NCBI GenBank assembly: GCA_964016885.1
Contig: OZ024741.1
Span: 298,096,001-298,160,000 of the forward strand
DNA: 64,000 nucleotides
DNA from: Eledone cirrhosa
Taxonomy: Eukaryota
Direction of reading: 5' to 3'
Below are positions 52,617 to 64,000 of this stretch, piece by piece (the first letter of the stretch is position 1; each line of letters begins with the position of its first letter). The position numbers and the translations under genes were made by a program. The notes beneath the pieces were generated by a model that made no database searches, was not told the DNA's origin, and saw only the letters and a list, made by a program, of their open reading frames with translations.

Positions 52617-53465
52617 TTACTCTTCAGTATGAATACATATATGTTTAGACAAGTGACCTTTCTGAGAGAATGATTTACTACAGACATCACAGTGATATGG
52701 TTTTTCTCCAGTATGAATGCGTTTGTGTCTTGCTAAGTTACCTGTCTGAGAGAATAATTTACCACATATATCACAGTGATATGGTTTCTCTCCTGTATGA
52801 ATGTATGTGTGAGTAGTTAAATTACTAATTCCTGAAAATGATTTACCACAGATATCACAGTGATATGTTTTCTCTCCTGTATGAATTTGTGCATGAGTAG
52901 TTAAGTTACTAATTCCAGAGAATGATTTACCACAGACATCACACTGATATGGTTTTTCTCCTGTATGAATGTGTTTATGTTTAGATAAGATACCATTTCG
53001 AGAAAATGATTTACCACAGATATCACAGTGATATGGTTTCTCTCCTGTATGAATACGTTTGTGCCTAGTTAAGTGATTTCCTTCAGAAAATGATTTACCA
53101 CAGATATCACAGTGATATGGCTTCTCTCCTGTATGAATTCGTTTGTGAGCAGTTAAGTGATTTATTTGAGAGAATGATTTACCACAGATATCACATTGAA
53201 AGGGCTTCTCTCCTGTATGAATGCGGTTGTGTTTAGTTAAGTCATCACTCCGATAGAATGATTTATCACAGATAGCACAGTGATATGGTTTTTCTCCTGT
53301 GTGAACACGTTTATGAGTAGTTAGATTACTTTTTTGTGAAAATTTTTGACCACAGATATCACAGTGGTATGATGTTTTTCTTTTCTCTTTCTTTATATCA
53401 CCAAGAAAATTCATCCTTTTAGGCAGTATTTTTTTAGATTTACACATGTTCTTTCTATTTTCCAT
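52617..53465 (-). CDS. C2H2 zinc finger protein ZNF-E, 9 fingers (an in-frame upstream ATG exists at 53528)
   Basis: Intact ORF. The MENRK start at 53465 is paralogous to ZNF-C MENKL. Confidence 0.9.
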   Translation of the reverse strand: MENRKNMCKSKKILPKRMNFLGDIKKEKRKTSYHCDICGQKFSQKSNLTTHKRVHTGEKPYHCAICDKSFYRSDDLTKHNRIHTGEKPFQCDICGKSFSQINHLTAHKRIHTGEKPYHCDICGKSFSEGNHLTRHKRIHTGEKPYHCDICGKSFSRNGILSKHKHIHTGEKPYQCDVCGKSFSGISNLTTHAQIHTGEKTYHCDICGKSFSGISNLTTHTYIHTGEKPYHCDICGKLFSQTGNLARHKRIHTGEKPYHCDVCSKSFSQKGHLSKHICIHTEE

Positions 53466-53893
53466 AATTTTTCTTCTCTTACTCCAATATACATTTATAT
53501 TCTTGTTTTTAAAGTATATTCTTACCATTTATTTCTACAAGTATGTTACATTAATTGTAATTAAGAGGCTGTTAACTTCTTTGTAAAATTGTCCAAATTT
53601 AATTCAACTGCAAAATTATCTTGTAGACATTGTAAACCATGAAATAGAGAAATTTTCTTATTACTTTCAGTTCAGAGCAAACATTTCACAGTAATAATAC
53701 CATAGATCTATATAAACAGGGTGATACCTCCTTAATATTACAATGTCTTTAAAGTAAAGTATTCTGTTATGCCAATGTCATCTGATATTCTGAAATAATA
53801 GAGAAACAGTTTTAGATATAGAGGATACTTAAAAAGTAAAAAGTCAACATTAAAAATCTTACTACATTTCTATACTGATAAATTGTAGATGTA

Positions 53894-54040
53894 CTCTTGT
53901 GTCCCACATAAGAGGTGGTGGTGGTATAAGTGGAGGGTGGAGGTGGAAAAATCGGTAATTTTTCTAGGTTGTCTCCCATTGTTTATTTTTTTAAACCAGA
54001 ATTAGTAGTTTAGTTTAGATATTGAACTTCTACTGATGAT
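53894..54040. mobile_element. Partial copy of the TA-flanked MITE family
   Basis: TA|ctcttgtgtccca terminus; 53940-54030 is the reverse complement of 43420-43520. Confidence 0.6.
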
Positions 54041-54637
54041 TGAGTGTTTCATCTTATGGTTCCTTCTATTTACCATTTCTCTTTCACTCATGAAACAGTT
54101 GTATAGAAATATTGAAATCTTGGAATTTTACCATATTTAAGTAAGTTTTTTCACTTGCTATCTGATTTGGAAATCAGAATTTTACCAATTATGTAAATTT
54201 TTCGACTTGCTATCCAATTTTTCTTTAGCAAATTATCTATGTATATATATCTGTATATAGATGGTAAGAATCGATCTTCTAACAAATTTACTCTCATATA
54301 AATCGTACAAACACATATAATGTGGATACATTTATCTAAACAATTTCTTACCCCTGAATTATTGTGTCATGCTCCTAATGAAAATTCTTAAATTTTATAT
54401 TAGTAGAGTTGACTTTAGGTTCTAATAGTGACTATCTTTAGCAATCTGGTAAACCAATACATTTGTCAGACAATATGATTAATAATTTTATGTATTAATC
54501 AATATTTTAAGACCGGTAAATCCAATAATTCACTTTTACTTATTTTGCAACCTAAAGATTTAACACAATTTTCAATGTAACAGGTGACGATGATAAAATA
54601 GAAAGTAAGAGCTTGTTATTAATGTGGTGTAAATATA

Positions 54638-57524
54638 CAGTGTGTTTGCTCTTTATTCGAAGATGCGTTCCTGAACGCAGTGCGTAAAGCAAATTTGCAT
54701 TCCCACTAACTTATTATTTAATATGCAGTTTTAACATATTAAACATTGTTTTACTATCTTTAACGCGTCAACCAAGCAACAATTCAAGGCGATATTGGAC
54801 CGGTGTTGGACCACTGTTTCGGACTGTGTAAATGTTGCCCTCCTCCCCTCCTTACATGGCATCTGAAGCATCTATGCTTTAATTTCTGTCAAATATATTG
54901 AATTGAATTGAACTCTTTTTAGCCTTTTTAGGCACAAACCTTATGTTTTTGTTAACTTCTTTCTCTTATTTATTGTTTTCTTAAATTCAACTTTCTATAT
55001 TAGTATGTTTATATTGTGTAAGGAATGTAAAGCTACTGCAACCATCTTTTTTTTTCTTTGTTTCTCTTTTTCAATTTTTAACTTTCTTCCTTACAGTACA
55101 GTAGCATGTTTAGATCATGTTTCTTTTCTAATTTTATTAATTTAATTGACAAATTTTGCAACCAGTTTATAAAAAGACAAAACAATGTTATACAATACAA
55201 TAATACAAATTACAAAAATAAAGAACCTGTACAAAATTGACATAGAACAAATTTAAAGTTATAGGTCGTCAACATCAGAGAATTCAGTATCAGATAGCCT
55301 TCAAATGCAAAGTCATCTACTGTGCCTTTCGTCGTTTCTTCTGCAGCATAACTTCATAATGTAAGATATCTGTCAAAACATTGCGAGACATCTTTCCCGA
55401 ACGCTCAGTGTTTGGATCATTACATTCAATGATATCCAAGGCTTTGTGTATTTCGAAAAGAAATCTTGAAGCAACTTCACACTCAATTGCTTGGTTTCCA
55501 ATGACACTTGTTCTTCTTTATTGCCTTTCATAACACGGTGCTGTTCTCCCAACTCATTGAGGTCTTCTGCTGTGACGTCTTCTGTGTGGGACTCAAAGAG
55601 AATGTCGAAGTCATCCTCCTCCAATTCGTAGAATCCAACATGGGCCGCTACTCTGAGGTATTCCAGCTGAATTTTCGATATTGACTCATCAACAGAGAGG
55701 TCCCTAAAATCTTTGGCATACTGAGGGCAAAGCTTATTCCAAGACCTATTTATGTACAACTCTGTCACCTCGGCCCAAGCATCTCTTATAAACCAAAGTG
55801 CATCTCTTATGTTAAATGATTTCAAATAGTTCTTGACGACCGACTTCTTAATTTCAACAATGTTCGACACACCAGGAGTCTTAGCGGCAACTTTGAGTTG
55901 AGCCATATCGATGTCGGATTTCTTACCAAGGTTGTTCCAGCAGTTACGGTGATAGTGTGCCTTGAACATTTTAATGGTAACTTGGTCCATAGGTTGAAAT
56001 AATGAGGTGTTTGCAGGCAGGAAAACCACTTTTATGTGAGGATGCAAATCCTGTATAAACAACATGTGTGAGGGCACATTGTCGAGCGCCAGCAGAATCT
56101 TGAAGGGCAGGCCCTTGCTATTGCAGTAAAGCTGCAACTCAGATACCATTGACGACATGCTCTGTATTTCTTGAAGATGGGCACTGGTCATCCACCCCTT
56201 ATCGTTTCAATACCAGTGCACTGGTAGCAGCTTCTTGGCATACCCCGTCTGAGCACGGGGGTTTTTGAACATGTAACTGACAACAGGCTTTAATTTGCTA
56301 TCTCCCGTCACGTTTGAGGCTAGTAACACAGTTAGCCTATCCTTGTAGGCCTTGAAGCCTGACACAGATTTTTCTTCTATGGAAATATACGTCATCTCTG
56401 GCATCTTCTTCCAGAATAATCTGGTTTCATTAAGGTTAAAGATTTGCTCTGGAACGTAATTCCCTTCCTCTATTATTTTCTTTAATTCTTCTGGGAACTT
56501 CTCATCTCTTCACGTTGTGGTAGCCCATCCGTTGCTTAAAGTTCATGAACCATCCCGCACTTGCAGTGAATGGTTTAACTTGTCCCTCCTCTTTTTCCTT
56601 GAGGTGCTCCAAAATATCCAGAGTCTTTTCCTTACATTGCTGATAGGATACATTAAGACGTTGCCGCTCCTGCAGCTCCAACCATGTCGACAGCATCTTC
56701 TCCATGATATCATTCCTGGCATACGAAGATCTTGATGCATTTTTGGATACACCAGCCCTAGCACTCTTCTTTATTTTCACGAATAGTGCGTAGAGTGCTT
56801 TCCGCCAAGTTCATATCACTCTTGATGGACGTAGTAGATTCGTTGTTTTCATATCTACTGATAACCTCCAATTTCGTTTCAAGGCTTATAGCTTTCCTCT
56901 CACGTTTTGTGGCAGCTTTTGCTGATCTTTTGGTGCTTTGCTTGCTGCTCATGGTAAAAATGGAAGATTAAAGTCCGACAAAGGTAAACTCGACGAAGTA
57001 CAGTATTTACATATTGTAATCGCCTTCAGCTTCTGCGCGGATGAATTCAGAGAAAGAGATCCTCTTTGCAATAGGAACAACAATAATTGTTTCTACTTTT
57101 GGCACAAGGCCAGCAATTATCCCAGTGCATTACTGGTACTTTATTTTATAGACCCCGTAAGGATGGAAGGCAAAGTTAACATCGGCGGGATTTGAACTCA
57201 AACCGTAACTCTATGCTACAAAGCACGTTGTTCGACGCTCTACCGAAACTGTCAATCCCTTTACAATAAGTACAACAATAATAATAATAATAATAATTCA
57301 ACACAGCACCAAGGTAGAGACTCTCAGTGGAGTTAGAGAGAGAGAGGAAAAATTGAATAAAAATATAACTCTGATATATACTGCATTATTATTTCTGATG
57401 ATTTCCTTTTTCAGTTCTAATGTTATATTATATTTCTGATAAATAAAAAAATTAAAAACCACGCGTTATTCGCGCAAATTAAATATTTAATATTTTCGCA
57501 AGAGGCGTTAAAGCGAACAGACTA
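54638..57524 (-). mobile_element. Tigger/pogo (TIGD1-like) transposon, frameshifted transposase
   Basis: ORFs 56758-56952 (RKAISLETKLEVI, HTH_psq), 56502-56780 (FTASAGWFMNFK, CENP-B HTH), 56207-56404 and 55373-56191 (LLALDN..FLPANTS.FQPMDQ, DDE_1). Weak TA|cag..TA termini. Confidence 0.88.
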
Positions 57525-57999
57525 TACATATACATCGGGTACGAACACAATGGAACCAAACTCTAACTGTCACTGCCTCCGTCTTTCTCCATCTCTCACA
57601 CAGACTTGCATGATGACTATTTCATCAATACTTGAAAGCTACATATTGAATACTAGATACATTATACAATCAAACAAATCAGCTATCGTTGTTTAAACGA
57701 CTTGACTTACACGTACTTCTCGCATTAATTTCAGCTTTGTGCTCCCACGTCAACAATCTTGTCATTTATTCAATTCTTGTTTGTTATTATCCTGTATTTT
57801 TTGCAGTTTTTCGAAATAGGTTTGTTAGCTTTTCGTCTAACTATTGTCACTCATCCTCTATTCCATTTCAAAGATTGAGCTTTGTTTCTGAAAACAACAT
57901 GAGGTTAAGAAGCCAACAACTATATAATAACACTCTCTAGTGATTAGAGGTGAGTTCTTCCCATATGATCAATATCACTTCCGTTATATAAGCCACACT

Positions 58000-58340
58000 C
58001 TTTATTATGTACATCGAATTAAGTAAACATGAAAAAATAGCCGAACTCCCACTGTCATCGCCTCCATCTCTCCGTATGGTGAGAAAATGGGGTCCGACGT
58101 GCTGGCCTCCCCACAGCCCCGGCGGACAGAATGGAGAAGGTGTTTCACCGGATGATGGTAAGGAAGATGCGCTGGAAGAGCCATTCCAACTTGCGAGGCT
58201 CACACCTGCGGCTGGCCAGCTCAGCGCCTATGGTGATGAGTAGGGAGGTAGCCCTAGGACCAAGGACACCAGAAGTCTTCACTGCCAAGGGCACGGCCGC
58301 GAACTTGTCGGTACTTGGAGAGTTTGGCTCTTCTTTACTA
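58000..58340 (-). mobile_element. CRE-like non-LTR retrotransposon 3' end (C-terminal RLE and poly(A) signal)
   Basis: RAKLSKYRQ / VPLAVKTSGVLGPRATSLL.TIG..LA.RRCEPR..WLFQRIFLTIIR*NTFSILS. AATAAA at ~58001-58006 (-). Confidence 0.75.
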
Positions 58341-58468
58341 AATCTATAAACATTTACCATTTAAAAACAAACACAAAACTCAACTTTGCTTTTTTGTGTT
58401 TTAAATGGCTAAATTTACTCTTGAACGCAAATTGTTTTAGTTTCAACACACGATTTATATATATGTAT

Positions 58469-59332
58469 ATATAAGTATGTATACGTACATACATATATGT
58501 ATACAGACGTACAGTAGTATGTATATATTTATACATACATGCACACATATATATATGTACGTATGGATTCATCGAACATTTATTATAATGATCGGTGTGT
58601 TTGTAAACAAACATCCCGGATTAAGTCGTACAGTGTCTAGCAACCATCGTTGCTCATTTGTTCAACACTGACAAAGGAACGCTGTACTAGTTTCAAGCTT
58701 ATTAGCTATCGTCAGCAACGTATACCTTCCTGCCAGATGATTGAACGTCTGAAAGTATATACTTCCCTTATGCATATTAACGGCTGAGAAGCCTAATTTG
58801 CATAGCGAGTGAGTTAATCGGCCGGGCGCACCGAAATCGATAAACGGAAAAAATGAAACGATATTTCATTTCTCACTCTTAGTACAGCTGTTACTTAAAT
58901 TTTTCCCGTTTATCGTTTTCGATGCGCCCGGCCGATTAACTCACTCGATATGCAAATTAGGCTTCTCAGCCGTTAATATGCATAAGGAAAGTATATACTT
59001 TCAGACGTTCAATCATCTGGCAGGAAGGTATACGTTGCTGACGATAGCTAATAAGCTTGAAACTAGTACAGCGTTCCTGTCAATATTGAACAAATGAGCA
59101 ACGATGGTTGCTAGACACTGTACGGCTTAATTCGGAATGTTTGTTTACAAACACACCGAGCATTATAATAAATGTTCGGTGAATCCATACATACATATAT
59201 ATATATATATGTCTGCATGTATGTATATATATATACATACTACATATATGTATGTACGTATACATACTTATATTTAAGTAACAGCTGTATTCAGAGTGAG
59301 AAATGAAATTTTGCTTCATTTTTTCCGTTTAT
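58469..59332. repeat. Long near-perfect palindrome (arms ~380 bp) plus an inverted copy of its loop
   Basis: 58469-58853 pairs with 58900-59273. 59272-59332 is the reverse complement of 58840-58900. Confidence 0.92.
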
Positions 59333-59569
59333 ATATATATATATATATTACATAGAATAGAATTAGGATTTAGTTTCGAGCATAGCTGTATACAGATATG
59401 TATTGGAATTTCGTATTTCTAAAGAAATACGGTATGATTATAGATAAACATTTAGAAAGCCGTAGCTATGCAAAAACACCAGGGATTATCACCCCCTGGT
59501 TTTATTATTTTATAAATTTTCACCAATAGAGTGAAGAAACTGGCTAGTTCATTCTTGTCGATGCCTAGA

Positions 59570-60780
59570 GTCTCTCCGAGAACGTCATCGCATTTGCTCA
59601 CCACTAGTCCTTGCTAACATGGAATTACCACTGACCACATTCATTGCTGATTGGTAGAGTGCTGTGAGATCTTGACAACATTCCTATGTCAGGTGCCCAG
59701 TCTTGGTCTTCACTTGACCCAAGTCTGCAGCTCAAAAAGACATGCTTCACAAGTGGCGACTACACCTGTCCACTGTATAGGAATGTCTGCAAATTCTGTA
59801 GCTTCAGCGCATGTTTGCACATTGTCATCCACAACATATCCAGCCCTCCCCACACAGGGTGTTGGCAACAGATGGACCACCTGACCAGTGGAACCTGTCC
59901 CTTCCATAAGCAGTGAAAGAGCAGGCACTCTATTCTAGTGAGGCACAGACTGGGGCAAGACATGACAGTCAGGTGGCAATAGATGATGGAAGTGATGTAC
60001 GCAATTACCCCCTCCACCTGACCTTTCAGTGATAGCTTCCTCTTGGCCCATTTCTGGATAAGCGTGACCACCCTACTCATAACCTTGTCACAGTTCCTAT
60101 CCACCTAAAGATCCGGAACAAACCAGACCCCAATCAACTTGACTGGTCCGTCTGTTCAGCAGTGTCCGACAACACTTTTGAATGGCGTTGATTTGCCTCA
60201 CCAGATGCCGAGCTGCAAACTCACCAACTTATCTGGGTTGATTTTCACTCCTGTCAATGTTTCATATTCCTCTAAGAATTAGCCAGCATGTTCAATTTCC
60301 AAAGTGTTTGACACCATCATGGTGATGTCTGCATATGCTGATACAGCCTTTTCAGAGTAGGATGCCATACAAAAGCTCCAGCTTCTGCAGTATGACTCAA
60401 AAGTCAGCACATACAGAAGGGAAGAGTGAAGGCATCATTGATGGAGTGATCATATGATCTGAAATGGTTCTGATAGGTAGCTATTTACTCTGACCACCCA
60501 AGCAGATATTGCTGTGCATTGCAGCTATCCAGCCTCTGAAAATGGGACTGAAACCAACCTTGAAGACAGCCTCTATGTATTGATAGTCGTCCCTATTGAA
60601 ATCTTTGGATTGATCTTATATTGATCAGAGCCTCATCAAAGCCAGGTTTACTCTTTACCCTCACTATGATGTATCGTATGAGGTGGAGGTTGTCGTCTAT
60701 AGACCTGGTTGGGATTGCGATGGTTGCGCTTCTCCTACCAGACTTTTGTCAACAAGCACCACCCTCATTGCTAGCACCAA
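59570..60780 (-). mobile_element. L1/Tx1-clade LINE RT fragment, decayed
   Basis: DQSKDFNR, LLYVLTFE and SAYAD remnants, plus ORF 59760-60104 (KWAKRKLSLKG...LWKG..LVRWSIC..P.WGGL). Confidence 0.75.
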
Positions 60781-61098
60781 TTATGGGTTGGAAATGATCA
60801 ATAATGTCCTTGTTCTTGTGTTTCTTCATCTGTATAACTACAACCCAACTTACAGAACTGGTGATTGGTGTTGTAAATATATGTGTATGTGTTGTGAATG
60901 TGTTTTATGGCATGTGTGTTGGTGTGAGGCAGAATATTTTTTTAATGTTTTTTTTTTGTTTCTTTGGTTTTTTGGTGTTCCTCCTCATCTTCACTTCAAG
61001 ATGAGGTGATACGAGTGTCTATGGAACAAGTCTCAGATATGGATGGGAGTTTGTTTGTTTGTATGTTTAGAGGGGATGGATATACATATATATATATA

Positions 61099-63831
61099 CC
61101 GTGTTTCCCCCATTATAAGCCACCCCCGAAAATAAGCCGTAGCACTATATTTCAGGATGAATTTAATATAAGCCATGCCCCAAAAATAAGCCGTAGCAAA
61201 AATGAACGCCCAAAAATCAATAAGGAAAGGGGGAAGTGCAATCAATATTGTTTATGTCCTCCAAGTCATAACAGAGGAGTTTAAGACTGGATGCCCATGG
61301 GAATTCTCTATGCTGATGATCTGGTTCTTATAGTAGAATCAGTAGAGGAGTTAGAGAATAAATTCTGGCTATGGAAACAGCAGTTGGAATCAAGGGGACT
61401 GAGAGTGAACATAGCTAAGACAAAAGTGTTGATAAGTAGAAGAGAGGACAATACTCTGATTCCATCAGGGAAATGGCCATAAAATGTATGCAATGCAGAT
61501 CTTGGGTACACAAGAGATGTAGTGGCATAGCAGGCAAACTAACAGGTAGGGAAAAATAGGTATGCAGTAGATGTTCAGGGAAAGTTGGCAGTAGTAATCA
61601 ATGATAGACACATTTTTCCAATGCAGGTGGGTTCTATAGAAGTGGTTGATAGCTTCCGGTACCTAGGTGATCAGATTAGCATGGGAGGGGGCTGTTCCGA
61701 GGCCATAGTATCTAGAATAAGGACGCGTTGGAAGAAGTTTAGGGAGCTGCTTCCTCTGTTGACAAAGAAGGGTTTCTCCCTGTGTACGAAAGGACGGTTA
61801 TATGATGCCTGTGTGAGATGCGCGATGCTGCATGGTAGTGAGACATGGGCAGCAAGTGCAGAGGATATGCGACGGCTGGAGAGAAATGAAGTAAGTATGC
61901 TCCATTGGATGTGCAATGTTAATGTGCGTGAACGACTAAGCATGGATGAGTTGAGAAAGAAACTGCGTATAAGAGAGATAAGTTGTAGTGTGTAGGAGAG
62001 AAGGCTGAGATGGTATGGACATGTGATGCGCATGGAGGGTGACCGCTGAGTAAAGAAGTGGCAAGAAATCCCAGTAGAAGGAAGACGCAGTAGAGGTAGA
62101 CCATGAAAAACATGGGCGTAAGTGGAGAGATGCTGTGCTGAATAGGACCCATCCAACCCTTGCAAGCAGGGAAAAGTGGACATAAAATGATGATGATGAT
62201 GATGATGATGATGAAACTGGAAGTAATGGCTTATCAGTAACTTCAGGGGAGAAGATCATTTTCAGCCCTAGACAAGATGAAAGGAAGGAAGAGTTATACA
62301 GTCGAATACAAGAAAGGAATTGTGGAGGAATCACTGGGCAAGAATCTTATTATTTTCTGCAAAGAAAAGAATCTGGATCTCCGAATGGTTCAAAGATGGA
62401 GAATGGACTACGATAAACTCAGTCAGGACATGGACAAGGGAAATGCAAAGAAACGTAAGCGTAGATCTGGTCGACAACCGATATTTCTTGAGCTGGAAGA
62501 CGCCATCTGTGAATGATTGCTGAAAGAAGAGCCAGAGCTTTGGTTGTTCACAGGGCTGATATTCAAACATTTGCCCTTACAAATGCACTAGAGTTTGGTA
62601 TAGTTCCAGAAGAATTCAAAGCATCCAAACACTGGCTGCATAATTTCCTTCAGCGACAAATTTTCTTTGAGAAGATCGACAACACTGTTCAAACTGGACG
62701 ATACTGAGATTATTAAATGTGCACTTGCATTTAAGTCTTTTGTTGATGGAATAGACTTTTCTAACTACCATCTCTCCGACATGATTGCTATGGATGAAAC
62801 AACAGTATTCATGGGTCAAAGCTCTCAATCTACAATTGATCAAAAGGGTGCGTCATCAATTTACATTCCATCCACTGGTTACGAAAGTGCACGAGTTACG
62901 TGTATCTTGGCAATTTGTCTCGCTGGAAGCAAATCCCCACCTCTTATCATCACTAAAGGCAAGAAAGATAAAATTGAATGCGTTTCAGATATCTGTGTTC
63001 TGGAAACTGAAAAGGCGCGGTGCACACAGGCAGTTTTAAGGAAGTGGGTCGATTTCATGCTGCCATTGATTTTGCGTGGAACCCAAAGAGGTCTCATAGT
63101 CTGGGATTCAGCCAGCATGCACCGTGCCAAAGATATGAAGAACTTTCTTGTAGAAAGAAGAATTGATCAAATCATGATTCCCGCAGGAATGACCACCTAT
63201 CTCCAGACTCTTGACATCGCACTGAATAAACCATTCAAGGACCATCTGCGCATGGAAATAAATGACTACATCGAAAACAAAATGGCAAGAAATGAGCGGG
63301 GAAATTTCGTGAAGCCCAGCCTTCAAGAGATCGTGACTTGGGTGGGAAATTCATGGAACAAAATCACAGATAGCTGTGTCATGAATGCACTACGAGCAGG
63401 CTATCTGGATAAGAACTCTTCATTCAATTCGACCTCTATCGCTTAACATGAAAGACTAGGAACGAAAATTCTGCAGGCAATTGAGTCACAAGAAAATTCC
63501 AGAGGAATTATTGAATCCCCTGATTTGGAAAACAATGACATTCCAGAGCAGGATGACATGAATATTTTTGAATAAATTAGTGGATTATTTCGCTCATGAG
63601 TTTTTGAATTAAAGGGTGTGTTAATTTTTAATAAATTTGATCTTTCAAGTAAACGTTGCGCGTAAATACCGATTGTTCTTTCGTAATTTCCAATCATTTA
63701 GCGAATTTGTAATTTTCGGTTTCGTAGTGTCGTTTTTTCGGTATATGAATCCTCTCCCCCGAAAATAAGCCATAGTGGTACATTTTGGAGTAAAAATTAA
63801 TAAGTCATGGTTTATAATCGGGGAAACACAG
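61099..63831 (+). mobile_element. pogo (POGK-like) transposon with complete TIRs and disrupted transposase
   Basis: TA|ccgtgtttcccccattataagcca ... tggtttataatcggggaaacacag|TA. Subterminal aaaataagcc repeats. ORFs 62277-62516, 62513-62707 and 62667-63446 (MDET, IVWDSA, IPAGMT.YLQTLD). Confidence 0.9.
61258..62213 (+). mobile_element. 5'-truncated RTE LINE nested in the pogo element, (GAT)n tail
   Basis: LYADDLVL and MLHGSETW motifs; the tail ends at ~62213. Confidence 0.88.
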
Positions 63832-63944
63832 TATATATTTAGGGAAGGAGGAGGTGAGCTATGTTGAGAGACCTCCTGGGTATATTTAACAGTGTCTGAT
63901 GTTTTTCTTTTTGCTGTTGGTGGTGGAGCTTCTACTGTCATAGA

Positions 63945-64000
63945 GTGGCAGTTTTAAACTCCTCAGTGATGGCCTGAAGAACAATGATAAACAGGAGTGG
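63945..64000 (-). mobile_element. RTE RT fragment running off the window
   Basis: Reverse complement encodes PLLFIIVLQAITEEFKT. Confidence 0.7.

Noticed and set aside
54638-57524. Domesticated TIGD gene (also POGK at 62277-63446)
   Set aside because: Multiple frameshifts and stops plus retained termini indicate dead transposons.

Overview
AT-rich, repeat-dense eukaryotic DNA. The tandem C2H2 zinc-finger cluster and the SINE/RTE repeat content fit a cephalopod, probably Octopus; this is inferred, not database-checked. The window holds five single-coding-exon C2H2-ZNF genes in two subfamilies. The long 'CEICGKSF..NS' type is ZNF-A (4416-6245 +, 20 fingers) and ZNF-D (41355-42925 +, 17 fingers, one 1-bp frameshift). 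The short 'CDICGKSFS' type is ZNF-B (-), ZNF-C (+) and ZNF-E (-), with 8-9 fingers each. Flank homology suggests the convergent pair A/B was duplicated to give D/E. Between the genes lie mostly decayed, often nested transposons: Merlin, hAT, mariner, three pogo/Tigger elements, RTE, L1/Tx1, Penelope-like elements with minimal hammerhead ribozymes, CRE-like RLE retrotransposon fragments, SINEs and MITEs. The most notable patterns are: CRE-like endonuclease fragments co-oriented upstream of three ZNF genes; a 2.9-kb Merlin foldback; an ~860-bp palindrome whose second copy is circularly permuted; conserved N-terminal ZNF leader peptides with no recognisable domain; and atypical recognition helices in the long ZNFs. 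All alignments were made by eye and most repeat boundaries are approximate.
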